NCBI GenBank assembly: GCA_030640805.1
Contig: DAOWIS010000007.1
Span: 1 to 46,211, forward strand
DNA length: 46,211 nt
Reading direction: 5' to 3'
Source: a bacterium
GTDB taxonomy: Bacteria > Patescibacteriota > Minisyncoccia > Minisyncoccales > DAOWIS01
Every line of letters begins with the position of its first letter. Positions within the stretch are counted from its first letter, which is position 1. The notes beneath the pieces are model-generated. The model made no database searches. It was given only the letters and a program-made list of their open reading frames with translations, and had not been told where the DNA came from. Below are positions 28,286 to 36,403 of the stretch, piece by piece. Position numbers and translations under genes: made by a program.

Positions 28286-28420
28286 GCGCTTCGCCAAATG
28301 CCAAATGACAAATGGCAAATTCAAAATTACAATTCAAAATTTGAAATTTTTAATTTTACATTGTAATTTTGCATTTTTCACTTTGAATTTTTAATTTGAC
28401 CGAGACCGAAGGTCGAGGAA
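28286..28420. repeat. capped inverted heptamer element (rpsM-rpsK spacer)
   Basis: GCGCTTCGC, CAAATGC/CAAATGA/CAAATGG..., inverted T-rich units, GACCGAGACCGAAGGTCGAGGAA. Confidence 0.82.
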
Positions 28421-28422
28421 AC

Positions 28423-28878
28423 ATGGGGAAAAAGAGAATCATTAAAAAAACCGAAGAAGAGATTTTAAAAGAGAAAGAAAAATTAGAATCTGCTTTTAAG
28501 AAAGGAGGAGAGTTAAAAAAAATCTCTAGATCTATCTATAAAGGGAGAATTTATATTAAAGCAAGCTATAATAATATTATCATAACTCTTACTGATCAAA
28601 AGGGTGATGTTTTGTCTTGGAGTAGCGCAGGAAGTATTGGTTTTAAAGGGACCAAAAAATCTACTCCTTTTGCTGCTGGTCGGGTGGCAGCAATCTTAGC
28701 CGAGAAAGCAAAAAAGATAGGCGTTCGAGAAGTCCAGATTTTTATAAAGGGGATAGGAAGCGGGAGAGATTCGGCTGTTCGATCTTTAGCTAATTCAGGA
28801 ATTAATATAATTTCTATTAAAGACATAACCCCTATTCCACATGGGGGGTGTAGACCTCCAAAAGTCCGACGAGTGTAA
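28423..28878 (+). CDS. rpsK: 30S ribosomal protein S11
   Basis: ASYNN.IIT.TD..G, GFKG.KKSTPFAA, DITPIPH.GCRPPK.RRV. Confidence 0.98.
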   Translation: MGKKRIIKKTEEEILKEKEKLESAFKKGGELKKISRSIYKGRIYIKASYNNIIITLTDQKGDVLSWSSAGSIGFKGTKKSTPFAAGRVAAILAEKAKKIGVREVQIFIKGIGSGRDSAVRSLANSGINIISIKDITPIPHGGCRPPKVRRV

Positions 28879-28986
28879 TAAGAACCTCTCGCTTCGCTCA
28901 AGAACCTCCTTAATTTGCGAAGCAAATTACAGTGAGCAGAGCGAACGGTTCCGATTCGCTAAGGAATAATTATTTAATCTTGAATT

Positions 28987-29622
28987 ATGAAAGAAGATAA
29001 ATGTAAAATTTGCAGAAGGGTTGGTCAAAAACTTTTTTTAAAAGGAGAAAAATGTTTTTCTCCTAAGTGTATTATGATAAGGAAAAATTATCCCCCTGGT
29101 GCTAAAGGTAAACGTCGAAAAAGAGAAATTTCTGAATATGGGAAGGGGCTTAAAGAGAAACAAAAACTTAAAAAGTCATTCGGAATCTCAGAGAAACAAC
29201 TTAGACGTTATGTAAGAGAAATGCTATTAGAAAAAAAGAGAAAAAAAATTGATTCTATTAATCTTTTAATTCAGAAATTAGAAACTAGATTAGACAATAC
29301 CGTTTTCCGATTAGGCTTTGCTTTTTCTCGAAGCATAGCTAGGCAATTAGTATCTCACGGTCATTTTATGGTAAATAACCGAAAAGTAAATATTCCTTCT
29401 TTCCAAGTTAAAAAGGGTGATATTATTTCTATAAAAGAAAGTAGCAAAAAGAAAGGTTTTTTTTCTGACTTAGATTTATTCTTAAAAAAACATCAACCAC
29501 CTAGTTGGTTATCTTTGGATAAGGCAAAACAAGAAGGAAAAGTAGTAGGATTACTCGATACTGAAGAGGTAACCTCCCAAGGAATAAATATCCCTTTAAT
29601 TTTAGAATCTTATAATAGGTAA
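28987..29622 (+). CDS. rpsD: 30S ribosomal protein S4 (zinc-binding type)
   Basis: CKICRR.G.KLFLKGEKC..PKC, LETRLDN.VFRLG, ARQLVSHGH. Confidence 0.98.
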   Translation: MKEDKCKICRRVGQKLFLKGEKCFSPKCIMIRKNYPPGAKGKRRKREISEYGKGLKEKQKLKKSFGISEKQLRRYVREMLLEKKRKKIDSINLLIQKLETRLDNTVFRLGFAFSRSIARQLVSHGHFMVNNRKVNIPSFQVKKGDIISIKESSKKKGFFSDLDLFLKKHQPPSWLSLDKAKQEGKVVGLLDTEEVTSQGINIPLILESYNR

Positions 29623-29630
29623 ACTAAAAA

Positions 29631-29710
29631 AATTTTCAATTTTCAATTCCCAATTTTAAAATTAAATCATTAAAAATTCATTAGAAATTAGAAATTGGAA
29701 ATTAGAAATT
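29631..29710. repeat. inverted heptamer element (rpsD-rpoA spacer)
   Basis: (AATTTTC)n ... (AGAAATT)x4, one unit GGAAATT. Confidence 0.88.
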
Positions 29711-29719
29711 TAAGCAAGT

Positions 29720-30520
29720 ATGATTTCTCTTCCCACTAAACCAAAATTAGTTCAGAAAGGAAATAATCGAGCAAAATTTAAAATAGAAGGTCTCTATCCG
29801 GGTTATGGGATTACTGTTGGAAACTCTCTTCGTCGGGTTCTTTTGTCTTCTTTACCCGGGGCAGCAATTACCAAAGTGAAAATAAAAGGAGTGGCTCATG
29901 AATTTTCTACTATTCCCGGAGTTTTAGAAGATGTACTTCAAATTCTTTTAAATTTAAAGCAGGCGAGGCTTAGAATGGAAGGGGGCCAGCCCTTACCAAT
30001 TACTCTTAAAATAAAAGGATTAGAAAAAGGTAAAAAGGAAAGAAATATTAAGGGCTCGGATATAAAATGTCCCTCTCAATTAGAAGTAGTTAATAAAGAT
30101 CTTCACTTAGCCACTATCACTTCTTCAAAAGGAGAATTAAATATGGAAATGGAGGTAGAGAAAGGATTGGGATACTTATCAGTTGGACAGAGAAAAAAAG
30201 AAAAAGTAGAAATAGGAACCATTATTTTAGATGCTTTTTTTACTCCTGTTCGGCGAGTAAATTTTGAAGTTGAAAATATGATAGTAGGAAAAAGAACCGA
30301 TTATAATCGTCTTTTTTTAGACATTAAAACTGATGGAACTATAAAACCAGAAGATGCTTTATACCAAGCCCTAAAGATTTTAGTGGATCATTTTAAAATT
30401 TGGTTAGAGGAATTAGAGAAATCTCCCAAAAAATCCGTTAAGAAAACTACCAAAAAAACTACCAAGAAAGCCATAAAGAAAACCGTTAAGGAATCTTTAA
30501 CTAAGAAAAAGAAGAAATAA
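29720..30520 (+). CDS. rpoA: RNA polymerase alpha subunit lacking alpha-CTD, with Lys-rich tail
   Basis: GYG.T.GNSLRRVLLSSLPGAA, HEFSTIPGV.EDV, D..FTPV.RV, TDG.I.PEDAL; ends KKTTKKTTKKAIKK...KKKKK. Confidence 0.97.
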   Translation: MISLPTKPKLVQKGNNRAKFKIEGLYPGYGITVGNSLRRVLLSSLPGAAITKVKIKGVAHEFSTIPGVLEDVLQILLNLKQARLRMEGGQPLPITLKIKGLEKGKKERNIKGSDIKCPSQLEVVNKDLHLATITSSKGELNMEMEVEKGLGYLSVGQRKKEKVEIGTIILDAFFTPVRRVNFEVENMIVGKRTDYNRLFLDIKTDGTIKPEDALYQALKILVDHFKIWLEELEKSPKKSVKKTTKKTTKKAIKKTVKESLTKKKKK

Positions 30521-30870
30521 TGAAGCATTTAAAAAAAGGAAGAAAATTACATAGAAAGAAAGATCAAAGAAGGGCTCTTTTGAAAAATTTAGCCCGAACT
30601 TTATTTTTACAAGAAAAAGTTACTATTACTAAAGCCAAAGCTAAAGAACTATCCTCTTTTTCTGAAAAATGCATAACCCGAGCAAAAAAAGGAGATCTTT
30701 CTTCAAGAAGAATTCTGCTGAAATATTATTCCCCGGATTTAGTTAAAAAATTAATTGAAGAAATTACTCCTCGTTATAAAGAAAGAGCAGGAGGATATAC
30801 AAGGATTATAAGATTAGGACCAAGATCGGGAGATGGAGCAGAAATGGCAGTAATTGAATTAGTGAAATAA
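30520..30870 (+). CDS. rplQ: 50S ribosomal protein L17
   Basis: MKH.KKGRKL.R...QR.ALLKNL, R.GGYTRI..LG.R.GD.AEMA.IEL. Confidence 0.98.
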   Translation: MKHLKKGRKLHRKKDQRRALLKNLARTLFLQEKVTITKAKAKELSSFSEKCITRAKKGDLSSRRILLKYYSPDLVKKLIEEITPRYKERAGGYTRIIRLGPRSGDGAEMAVIELVK

Positions 30871-30873
30871 TAA

Positions 30874-30972
30874 AATTTTCAATTCTCAATTTTCAATCAA
30901 TTTTTAATTTTTAAATTTTAAAATTAAGTCATTGAAAATTCATTAGAAATTAGAAATTAGAAATTAGAAATT
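30874..30972. repeat. inverted heptamer element (rplQ-rplM spacer)
   Basis: (AATTYTC)x3 ... (AGAAATT)x4; same core as 29631-29710. Confidence 0.88.
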
Positions 30973-30981
30973 ATTAGTTCT

Positions 30982-31341
30982 ATGGAGCATAAAACTCACA
31001 CAATTGATGCTTCCGGAAAGATTTTAGGAAAATTAGCAGTAGAAGTGGCTATATTATTAAGGGGGAAACATAAACCTGATTTTTCTCCTAATAAAGACAT
31101 AGGAGACTTTGTTGAAATAATTAACATAGAGAAGATTAAATTTAGTGGAAAAAAGTTTGAGCAAAAAGTTTATTGGCATCATACTGGATATCCGGGCGGA
31201 ATAAAATCCCAGACTCTTAAAGAATTATTTGAAAAGAATCCCCAAAAAGTTTTTATAAAAGCAGTAAAAGGAATGTTGCCAAAAAATAAATTAGCAGCAA
31301 AACAAATTAAGAGATTAAGAATCATGAATCATGAATCATGA
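30982..31341 (+). CDS. rplM: 50S ribosomal protein L13, short form
   Basis: IDA.GK.LG.LA..VA..LRGKHKP.F.P..D.GD.V, Y.HHTGYPGG.K, AVKGMLPKNKL. Confidence 0.97.
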   Translation: MEHKTHTIDASGKILGKLAVEVAILLRGKHKPDFSPNKDIGDFVEIINIEKIKFSGKKFEQKVYWHHTGYPGGIKSQTLKELFEKNPQKVFIKAVKGMLPKNKLAAKQIKRLRIMNHES

Positions 31342-31360
31342 AATATGGAACATGAAACAG
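31319..31360 (+). repeat. heptamer array spanning the rplM stop and rpsI start
   Basis: GAATCATx3, GAAATAT, GGAACAT, GAAACAG. Confidence 0.88.
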
Positions 31361-31894
31361 AAAACTAAGAAAACTATTACAAAGAAAAAAATTACTAAGA
31401 AAAAAGTGGTAAAAGTAGTAAAGAAGAAGAAAGTTGTTGCCAAGAAGCCCAAAAAGAAAGCTCCTTTAAAGAAGCCCAAAGTTAAAGTTTTAAAGAAAAA
31501 GCCGGACCGGTATTTTGAGGCGGTTGGCAGAAGAAAAACTAGCATAGCCAGAGTTCGGCTTTTTACCCGGGGAGAAAAAATATTTTTGGTTAACGATAAA
31601 AATTTAAAAGAATATTTTCCTGTCTTTGAACTTCAGCAAATTGTCGTTGCTTCTTTAAGAAAAATGAAAAGTTTGGAGAAGTTTAGAGTTTCGATTAAGG
31701 TAAAAGGAGGAGGAATAAGAGCTCAAGCTGAAGCCATCCGTCATGCTACAGCCAGGGCTTTAGTAAAATTTAACCCTAATTTTAAAAAGAGATTAAAAAA
31801 AGCCGGCTATCTAACTCGGGATTCCCGAATGAAAGAAAGAAAAAAATTCGGTCTCAAAAAAGCCCGCCGTGCCCCCCAGTGGCAGAAAAGATAA
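31352..31894 (+). CDS. rpsI: 30S ribosomal protein S9 with Lys-rich N-terminal extension
   Basis: AVGRRKTS.ARVRL, GGG...QAEAIRH, LTRD.RMKERKKFGL.KARRAPQW.KR; start could also be 31331. Confidence 0.97.
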   Translation: MKQKTKKTITKKKITKKKVVKVVKKKKVVAKKPKKKAPLKKPKVKVLKKKPDRYFEAVGRRKTSIARVRLFTRGEKIFLVNDKNLKEYFPVFELQQIVVASLRKMKSLEKFRVSIKVKGGGIRAQAEAIRHATARALVKFNPNFKKRLKKAGYLTRDSRMKERKKFGLKKARRAPQWQKR

Positions 31895-31908
31895 ATCTTT
31901 AAATTAAC

Positions 31909-32598
31909 ATGTTAAAAGAACTAATTGATAAATTTTATTTGGATCAACAAAGAGATGGACAGCAATTCCATTTCTATATCACTGATGCCGGGAAATGTCC
32001 CCGAACAGTCTTTTTTAAATTCAAAAACGCTCCCAGAGCAAAAATGGATGCTCGGATTTTGAGGATATTTGAACGTGGAGAATATCTTCACAGAAATATT
32101 TTCAACATTCTATACCGTCTTAGAATCGGAGTAACAACAGAAGTTTCTATTCCTGCCCAGGAAATAATTAGCGGAAGAGCTGACGCCATAATTTCTATAA
32201 ATAATGAGAATTATATTTTAGATATAAAGAGTATGAATAGTATGATTTTCAGGAATTTAACAGCTCCAAAACAGGAAAACATTTACCAAATTCAACTTTA
32301 TCTTCATTATTTCAACATTAAAAAAGGAATACTGTTTTATATAGATAAAGACAAGCAGGATATTAAAGAATTTATTATTAATTATAATTCCCAGCTTGTT
32401 CAATCTCTTTTGAAAGATTTCGAAGAGCTAAAAAAGAAAATTGATGCTGATGTTGTCCCTCCTGTTCTTCCCGACTATCCTGATAACTGGCAATGTAGTT
32501 ATTGCCAGTTTAGAGAAATTTGTGATCTTTGCGGAGGAAAAGAGATTAGTTGGCAAGAATTCAAAAAGAAGATAGAATCCCAAGAAACAAAGATGTAG
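31909..32598 (+). CDS. solo Cas4-like / AddB-like PD-(D/E)xK nuclease with four Cys (Fe-S)
   Basis: GKCPR, G..LH, GRAD, DIKS, Q.QLY, CSYCQFREIC. Confidence 0.85.
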   Translation: MLKELIDKFYLDQQRDGQQFHFYITDAGKCPRTVFFKFKNAPRAKMDARILRIFERGEYLHRNIFNILYRLRIGVTTEVSIPAQEIISGRADAIISINNENYILDIKSMNSMIFRNLTAPKQENIYQIQLYLHYFNIKKGILFYIDKDKQDIKEFIINYNSQLVQSLLKDFEELKKKIDADVVPPVLPDYPDNWQCSYCQFREICDLCGGKEISWQEFKKKIESQETKM

Positions 32599-32675
32599 AA
32601 ATAGTATTTACAAAAATTCTTGGGGGGGGGCATTATAAAACAAAGGTCAAAAGATATATAAAAAAATAAAATAAT

Positions 32676-33764
32676 ATGAATAATCAAAGCAATCCTTTAT
32701 TTTTTCATCGTTGGATTCCAACTGTTATTGGAGTTATCATTGTTGTCCTTATTGGTGGAGGAGTAATTGCCTACAATTACCTCTGGACCCCTCAACCAGT
32801 AGAATTACCAACCGCCGGAGAGAAAAAGGAACCAGACCAAACCGTTGGCTGGAAGACGTATAAAAATGAGGAGTATGGATATGAGATGAAATATCCTAAA
32901 AATTGGTCAGCTAAACATGAGTCAGGATATAATGAGGTTCTTGAAAGATATTACGAAAAAAATATTTTTAAAGATCCTACTGGAAAATATATTTTGTATT
33001 TTGGTATTGTACCTGAAGATAGCAACATAAGAACACCTAATCTTAAAACAGGAGTTGGGTTTACTCAGGTTGGAACAGACCAAACTATAAATATTGGCGG
33101 TAGAGCAGTGAAGATTTCTAATCTTATTTATGAGCCAAAGGGAACAGTTCAGGAAGTATGGTTTGGGCCTTTTGAAATCAATGATTTTAAGGGAAAGGCT
33201 GAGTTTGGCTATTTAACAGATGACTTCAATTATAATGAGTGGTTTGATATGGCTGGTAAGCCAGAATTAGAGATAGCAAAGAAAATCCTTTCTACTTTCA
33301 GATTTATCGAAACTGACCAAACCGCTGATTGGAAGACGTATCGGAATGAGGAATACGGATTTGAAATAGTTCTTTCAGAAGGATATGAAGGGTTTTGGAC
33401 TAAGGAGAGGACTATTAGAAAAGAAAGAGAAATGGATTCTCCATTTGTTGTATTTTATCTTGATGCTTCCGGTAGTTATTGGCCAAACCAAGAGTTTGAT
33501 GTATTTGGTGTTATAATTTATCCATTGGAAAAATGGAATAGTAATGCAGAGATAGATGAAAATAATATGGCTTGGATAATGGGGGAAGAAGATAGTCCTT
33601 CTTCTTTTCTAGGTTTTTATTTAGGAAAGAATAATAAGCATGCTTTTACTTGGTCAAAAGGTCATGATTGTCCGTATTATACTTCTGGTCAGCCTACTCC
33701 ACTTTGCAAACTTTATGAAGAAGTTTCCAGTTTAATGAAAACTTTTTCTGTTTTTGATATATAG
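32676..33764 (+). CDS. membrane-anchored protein with two PsbP-like WKTY.NEEYG modules
   Basis: TM; DQTVGWKTYKNEEYGYEMKYP and DQTADWKTYRNEEYGFEI; ILSTFRF. Confidence 0.8.
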   Translation: MNNQSNPLFFHRWIPTVIGVIIVVLIGGGVIAYNYLWTPQPVELPTAGEKKEPDQTVGWKTYKNEEYGYEMKYPKNWSAKHESGYNEVLERYYEKNIFKDPTGKYILYFGIVPEDSNIRTPNLKTGVGFTQVGTDQTINIGGRAVKISNLIYEPKGTVQEVWFGPFEINDFKGKAEFGYLTDDFNYNEWFDMAGKPELEIAKKILSTFRFIETDQTADWKTYRNEEYGFEIVLSEGYEGFWTKERTIRKEREMDSPFVVFYLDASGSYWPNQEFDVFGVIIYPLEKWNSNAEIDENNMAWIMGEEDSPSSFLGFYLGKNNKHAFTWSKGHDCPYYTSGQPTPLCKLYEEVSSLMKTFSVFDI

Positions 33765-33922
33765 AATATTTTCAAAAGTTAGCTTTTTTGGACTAATTTT
33801 TGGGAAAAAGAGGTTATTTAATTTTGATTATTTATTCTAATCTAAAATTCTCTATGGAAGGACTCTGTTATCAAATTATTTTAAGAGGTTTGATAATAAG
33901 ATCCTCCAAGGATTTATAAAAT

Positions 33923-36157
33923 ATGTCTAAAATAATGATGAAAAATAAAATTTTAATAAGTTTAATAATAACTAGTTTAGTTTTTCTGCCGACCATAAAT
34001 AGCATTAGCGCCCGAATAGTTCTTCCTCCTGATTCGGTTAATAGTACAAGTATTAGAGTTATTTCTCCTAATGGTGGAGAGAAATGGGAAATAGGAAAGA
34101 CCTACACTATTAAATGGACTGGATCAACAGATATTAAGGCCTATACCATAATGCTTCTACGGGCTGATGGATATCGAGGGTGGGGTCTTAATGCAACTTT
34201 GTTAGGCCCTGATACTAGAGAATATCAATGGAAGGCTGGGTCTATGGAAGAGTGCACCGGTTCTTGTACATTACCTCCTTCTGGAGATTACTATATTGTA
34301 GTTTATGGTCAACGATTTGATGATCCAGAAGGGAAATTTTCTGTTTCTGATCGAAGCGATGAAGTGTTTATTCTTAATAATAGTAATATGCCGAGTATTA
34401 ATGTTCTTTCTCCTAATGGAGGCGAACAGATACCAACGGGTCCTAATAACTTTCAGATAACCTATCGGATAGCTAATTTTAAGCAATTAACCTCGCCCAC
34501 AATCCGGATAGATTTATTTAAAAATGATATTATTTTAGGGAATCGTTGTAAAACTCCTCCTTGCTCTGTATCACCAAATTCAGAATATTGGAATTTTAGC
34601 TGGGAGGTAGGGTCGTATGTGGATAGTGCAGGAAATTATCGCAAAGCAGGACCTGGTACGGATTATAAAATTAGAATTATTTTATTTGATAGCGGAAAAG
34701 AGATTGCAGCTGATGGAGGCGATAATTATTTTAGTATTATCTCACCCACCCCTGAATTTATTCCTTGTCTTGATAAACCAAGTGGTTGGATGCCAAGCAG
34801 ATATTCTTATCCCGAGTATTATAATAGGACAAATCCTATCCATCAGGCAGTAATTCTTTATAGGACCAGTAAATACTGTGGCACTAATGAAGTAATAAAA
34901 AAAGAAGTAATTCAACTCCATACACCTGAACGAGATTACTGTAATTATATTTGTAGAAATAGACAATATGAGCAGTGTATTTTAGATGGCAGTTTCGATA
35001 CCTATTACGACGAATGGTGCGAGGATGCTAATGGTAATAGGATAATCCCCAAGGCAGCAACCGAGACAAAAAAGATTCTGCCAATTGAGCCAACTCCGAT
35101 ACCTCAACCTTCTGCAACACCTTCAAAAATTATTTTGCATCGAGTTCATCGTAATTGTCCCGATGACTCGCCATACGAACCAGCCATGAAGGGAAAAGCC
35201 GAGCAGGTTTTTGAAGTTGGAGCAAGCACCGGCTACTGGAATTTTAGATGTGCCAATCGGAAACAAGAGCAATGCTATGATGATGGCAGTTTCGATACTT
35301 ATTATGATGAATGGTGTGAAGATGAAAACGGCAAGAGAATAACTCCTTCCTATAATATAAGCAGTAACTTAATGAAAAAATATGATGAGATAGTAAAAGA
35401 GAAAGAAATAGATTTAAAAAGTAAGATGGAATTAAAGGAACTGAACAGAGAAACCGAGATTTTCAAAAGAGAGATTAAACCAGCAATTTCGCCCGCTGAA
35501 ATAGAAGTCAGAATACCTATTGAACCTAAGAAACCTTCTGTCGCTGAATCCGGAGATGAAATAACCCATTACTATAAAAAGGAAATTGAAAGGATAAGTT
35601 CTTCTGAAAACATAGAAGAACAGATAACTAAGCTTAAATCTTTAAGAACAGAGATAAATGGAATGATTAGCCAACTTATAAGAAAGAAAAAGGAAATATC
35701 TTCAGTTGAGTTAAAGGATTTAGTCTCTGAGATAAAAATAACACCGGGTGCAATTAAAGCTGATCAAGTAGTAATACAAACAACTAATAAGAAAGTGATA
35801 ACCAATATCAGCGATGAACAAGTTTCTATAGAACCAAAAGAAAACGAGGTTGTTATTAAAGATAAAAATATTGAAGTAAAAACACTAGGAGTTTCAATAG
35901 TAAATCAGGTTCTAAAAGTAGGAACTCAAGAAGTGAAGATAACGCCCAGCGAAGTTGTCCAGAAAGCTAAGGTTAAAGTAAAATCTATTGAACTCAAAGA
36001 AGAGGCAAATAAGCCAGTATACTTTGTCCAAGGTACAAAGAAAGCCAGAATCCTTTTTGCTATACCTATAACAATGAGTATAAAGACAAAAGTTGACGCT
36101 GGCACTGGAGAAGTAATTTCCGTAAAGAAACCCTGGTGGAGTTTCTTAGCTTTTTAG
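33923..36157 (+). CDS. secreted mosaic surface protein (two SPNGGE Ig-like domains, two Cys-rich repeats, PWW C-terminus)
   Basis: signal peptide; V.SPNGGE x2; DGSFDTYYDEWCED.NG.RI x2; VDAGTGEV..VKKPWWSFLAF. Confidence 0.85.
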   Translation: MSKIMMKNKILISLIITSLVFLPTINSISARIVLPPDSVNSTSIRVISPNGGEKWEIGKTYTIKWTGSTDIKAYTIMLLRADGYRGWGLNATLLGPDTREYQWKAGSMEECTGSCTLPPSGDYYIVVYGQRFDDPEGKFSVSDRSDEVFILNNSNMPSINVLSPNGGEQIPTGPNNFQITYRIANFKQLTSPTIRIDLFKNDIILGNRCKTPPCSVSPNSEYWNFSWEVGSYVDSAGNYRKAGPGTDYKIRIILFDSGKEIAADGGDNYFSIISPTPEFIPCLDKPSGWMPSRYSYPEYYNRTNPIHQAVILYRTSKYCGTNEVIKKEVIQLHTPERDYCNYICRNRQYEQCILDGSFDTYYDEWCEDANGNRIIPKAATETKKILPIEPTPIPQPSATPSKIILHRVHRNCPDDSPYEPAMKGKAEQVFEVGASTGYWNFRCANRKQEQCYDDGSFDTYYDEWCEDENGKRITPSYNISSNLMKKYDEIVKEKEIDLKSKMELKELNRETEIFKREIKPAISPAEIEVRIPIEPKKPSVAESGDEITHYYKKEIERISSSENIEEQITKLKSLRTEINGMISQLIRKKKEISSVELKDLVSEIKITPGAIKADQVVIQTTNKKVITNISDEQVSIEPKENEVVIKDKNIEVKTLGVSIVNQVLKVGTQEVKITPSEVVQKAKVKVKSIELKEEANKPVYFVQGTKKARILFAIPITMSIKTKVDAGTGEVISVKKPWWSFLAF

Positions 36158-36238
36158 GTTTTTAAATTTTGTAAAAGAAAGGTAAAAAAAGGAGAGAATT
36201 TTTGGACTAATTTAGGATAGGAAAATTATAGAACATCT

Positions 36239-36266
36239 AAAACGGCTTGCTTTCACAAGCCGTTTT
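36239..36266. terminator. bidirectional terminator between convergent genes
   Basis: AAAACGGCTTG-CTTTCA-CAAGCCGTTTT. Confidence 0.75.
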
Positions 36267-36330
36267 GATTTATCTATTATTGAAGTTATGAGCAATCTGG
36301 TTTTATTTTAATGAGTTTAATGAACGGTGA

Positions 36331-36358
36331 CCTTGTACACGCATATGCGTGCACAAGG
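36331..36358. repeat. 28-bp palindrome, copy 1
   Basis: CCTTGTACACGCATATGCGTGCACAAGG; one mismatch to 44675-44702. Confidence 0.9.
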
Positions 36359-36403
36359 AACAGAGAGATGCGAGGGAAGGATGAAGGAGTTTTAGAAAAT
36401 TTT

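Noticed and set aside
31909-32598. CRISPR-Cas locus
   Set aside because: No cas1/cas2 and no repeat-spacer array; the repeats in the window lack unique spacers of regular length.
32622-32630. Phase-variable poly-G (G9) in a promoter spacer
   Set aside because: It does lie between a putative -35 (TTTACA) and -10 (CATTAT), but one short tract without read data is too weak to call; read-length variation would revive it.
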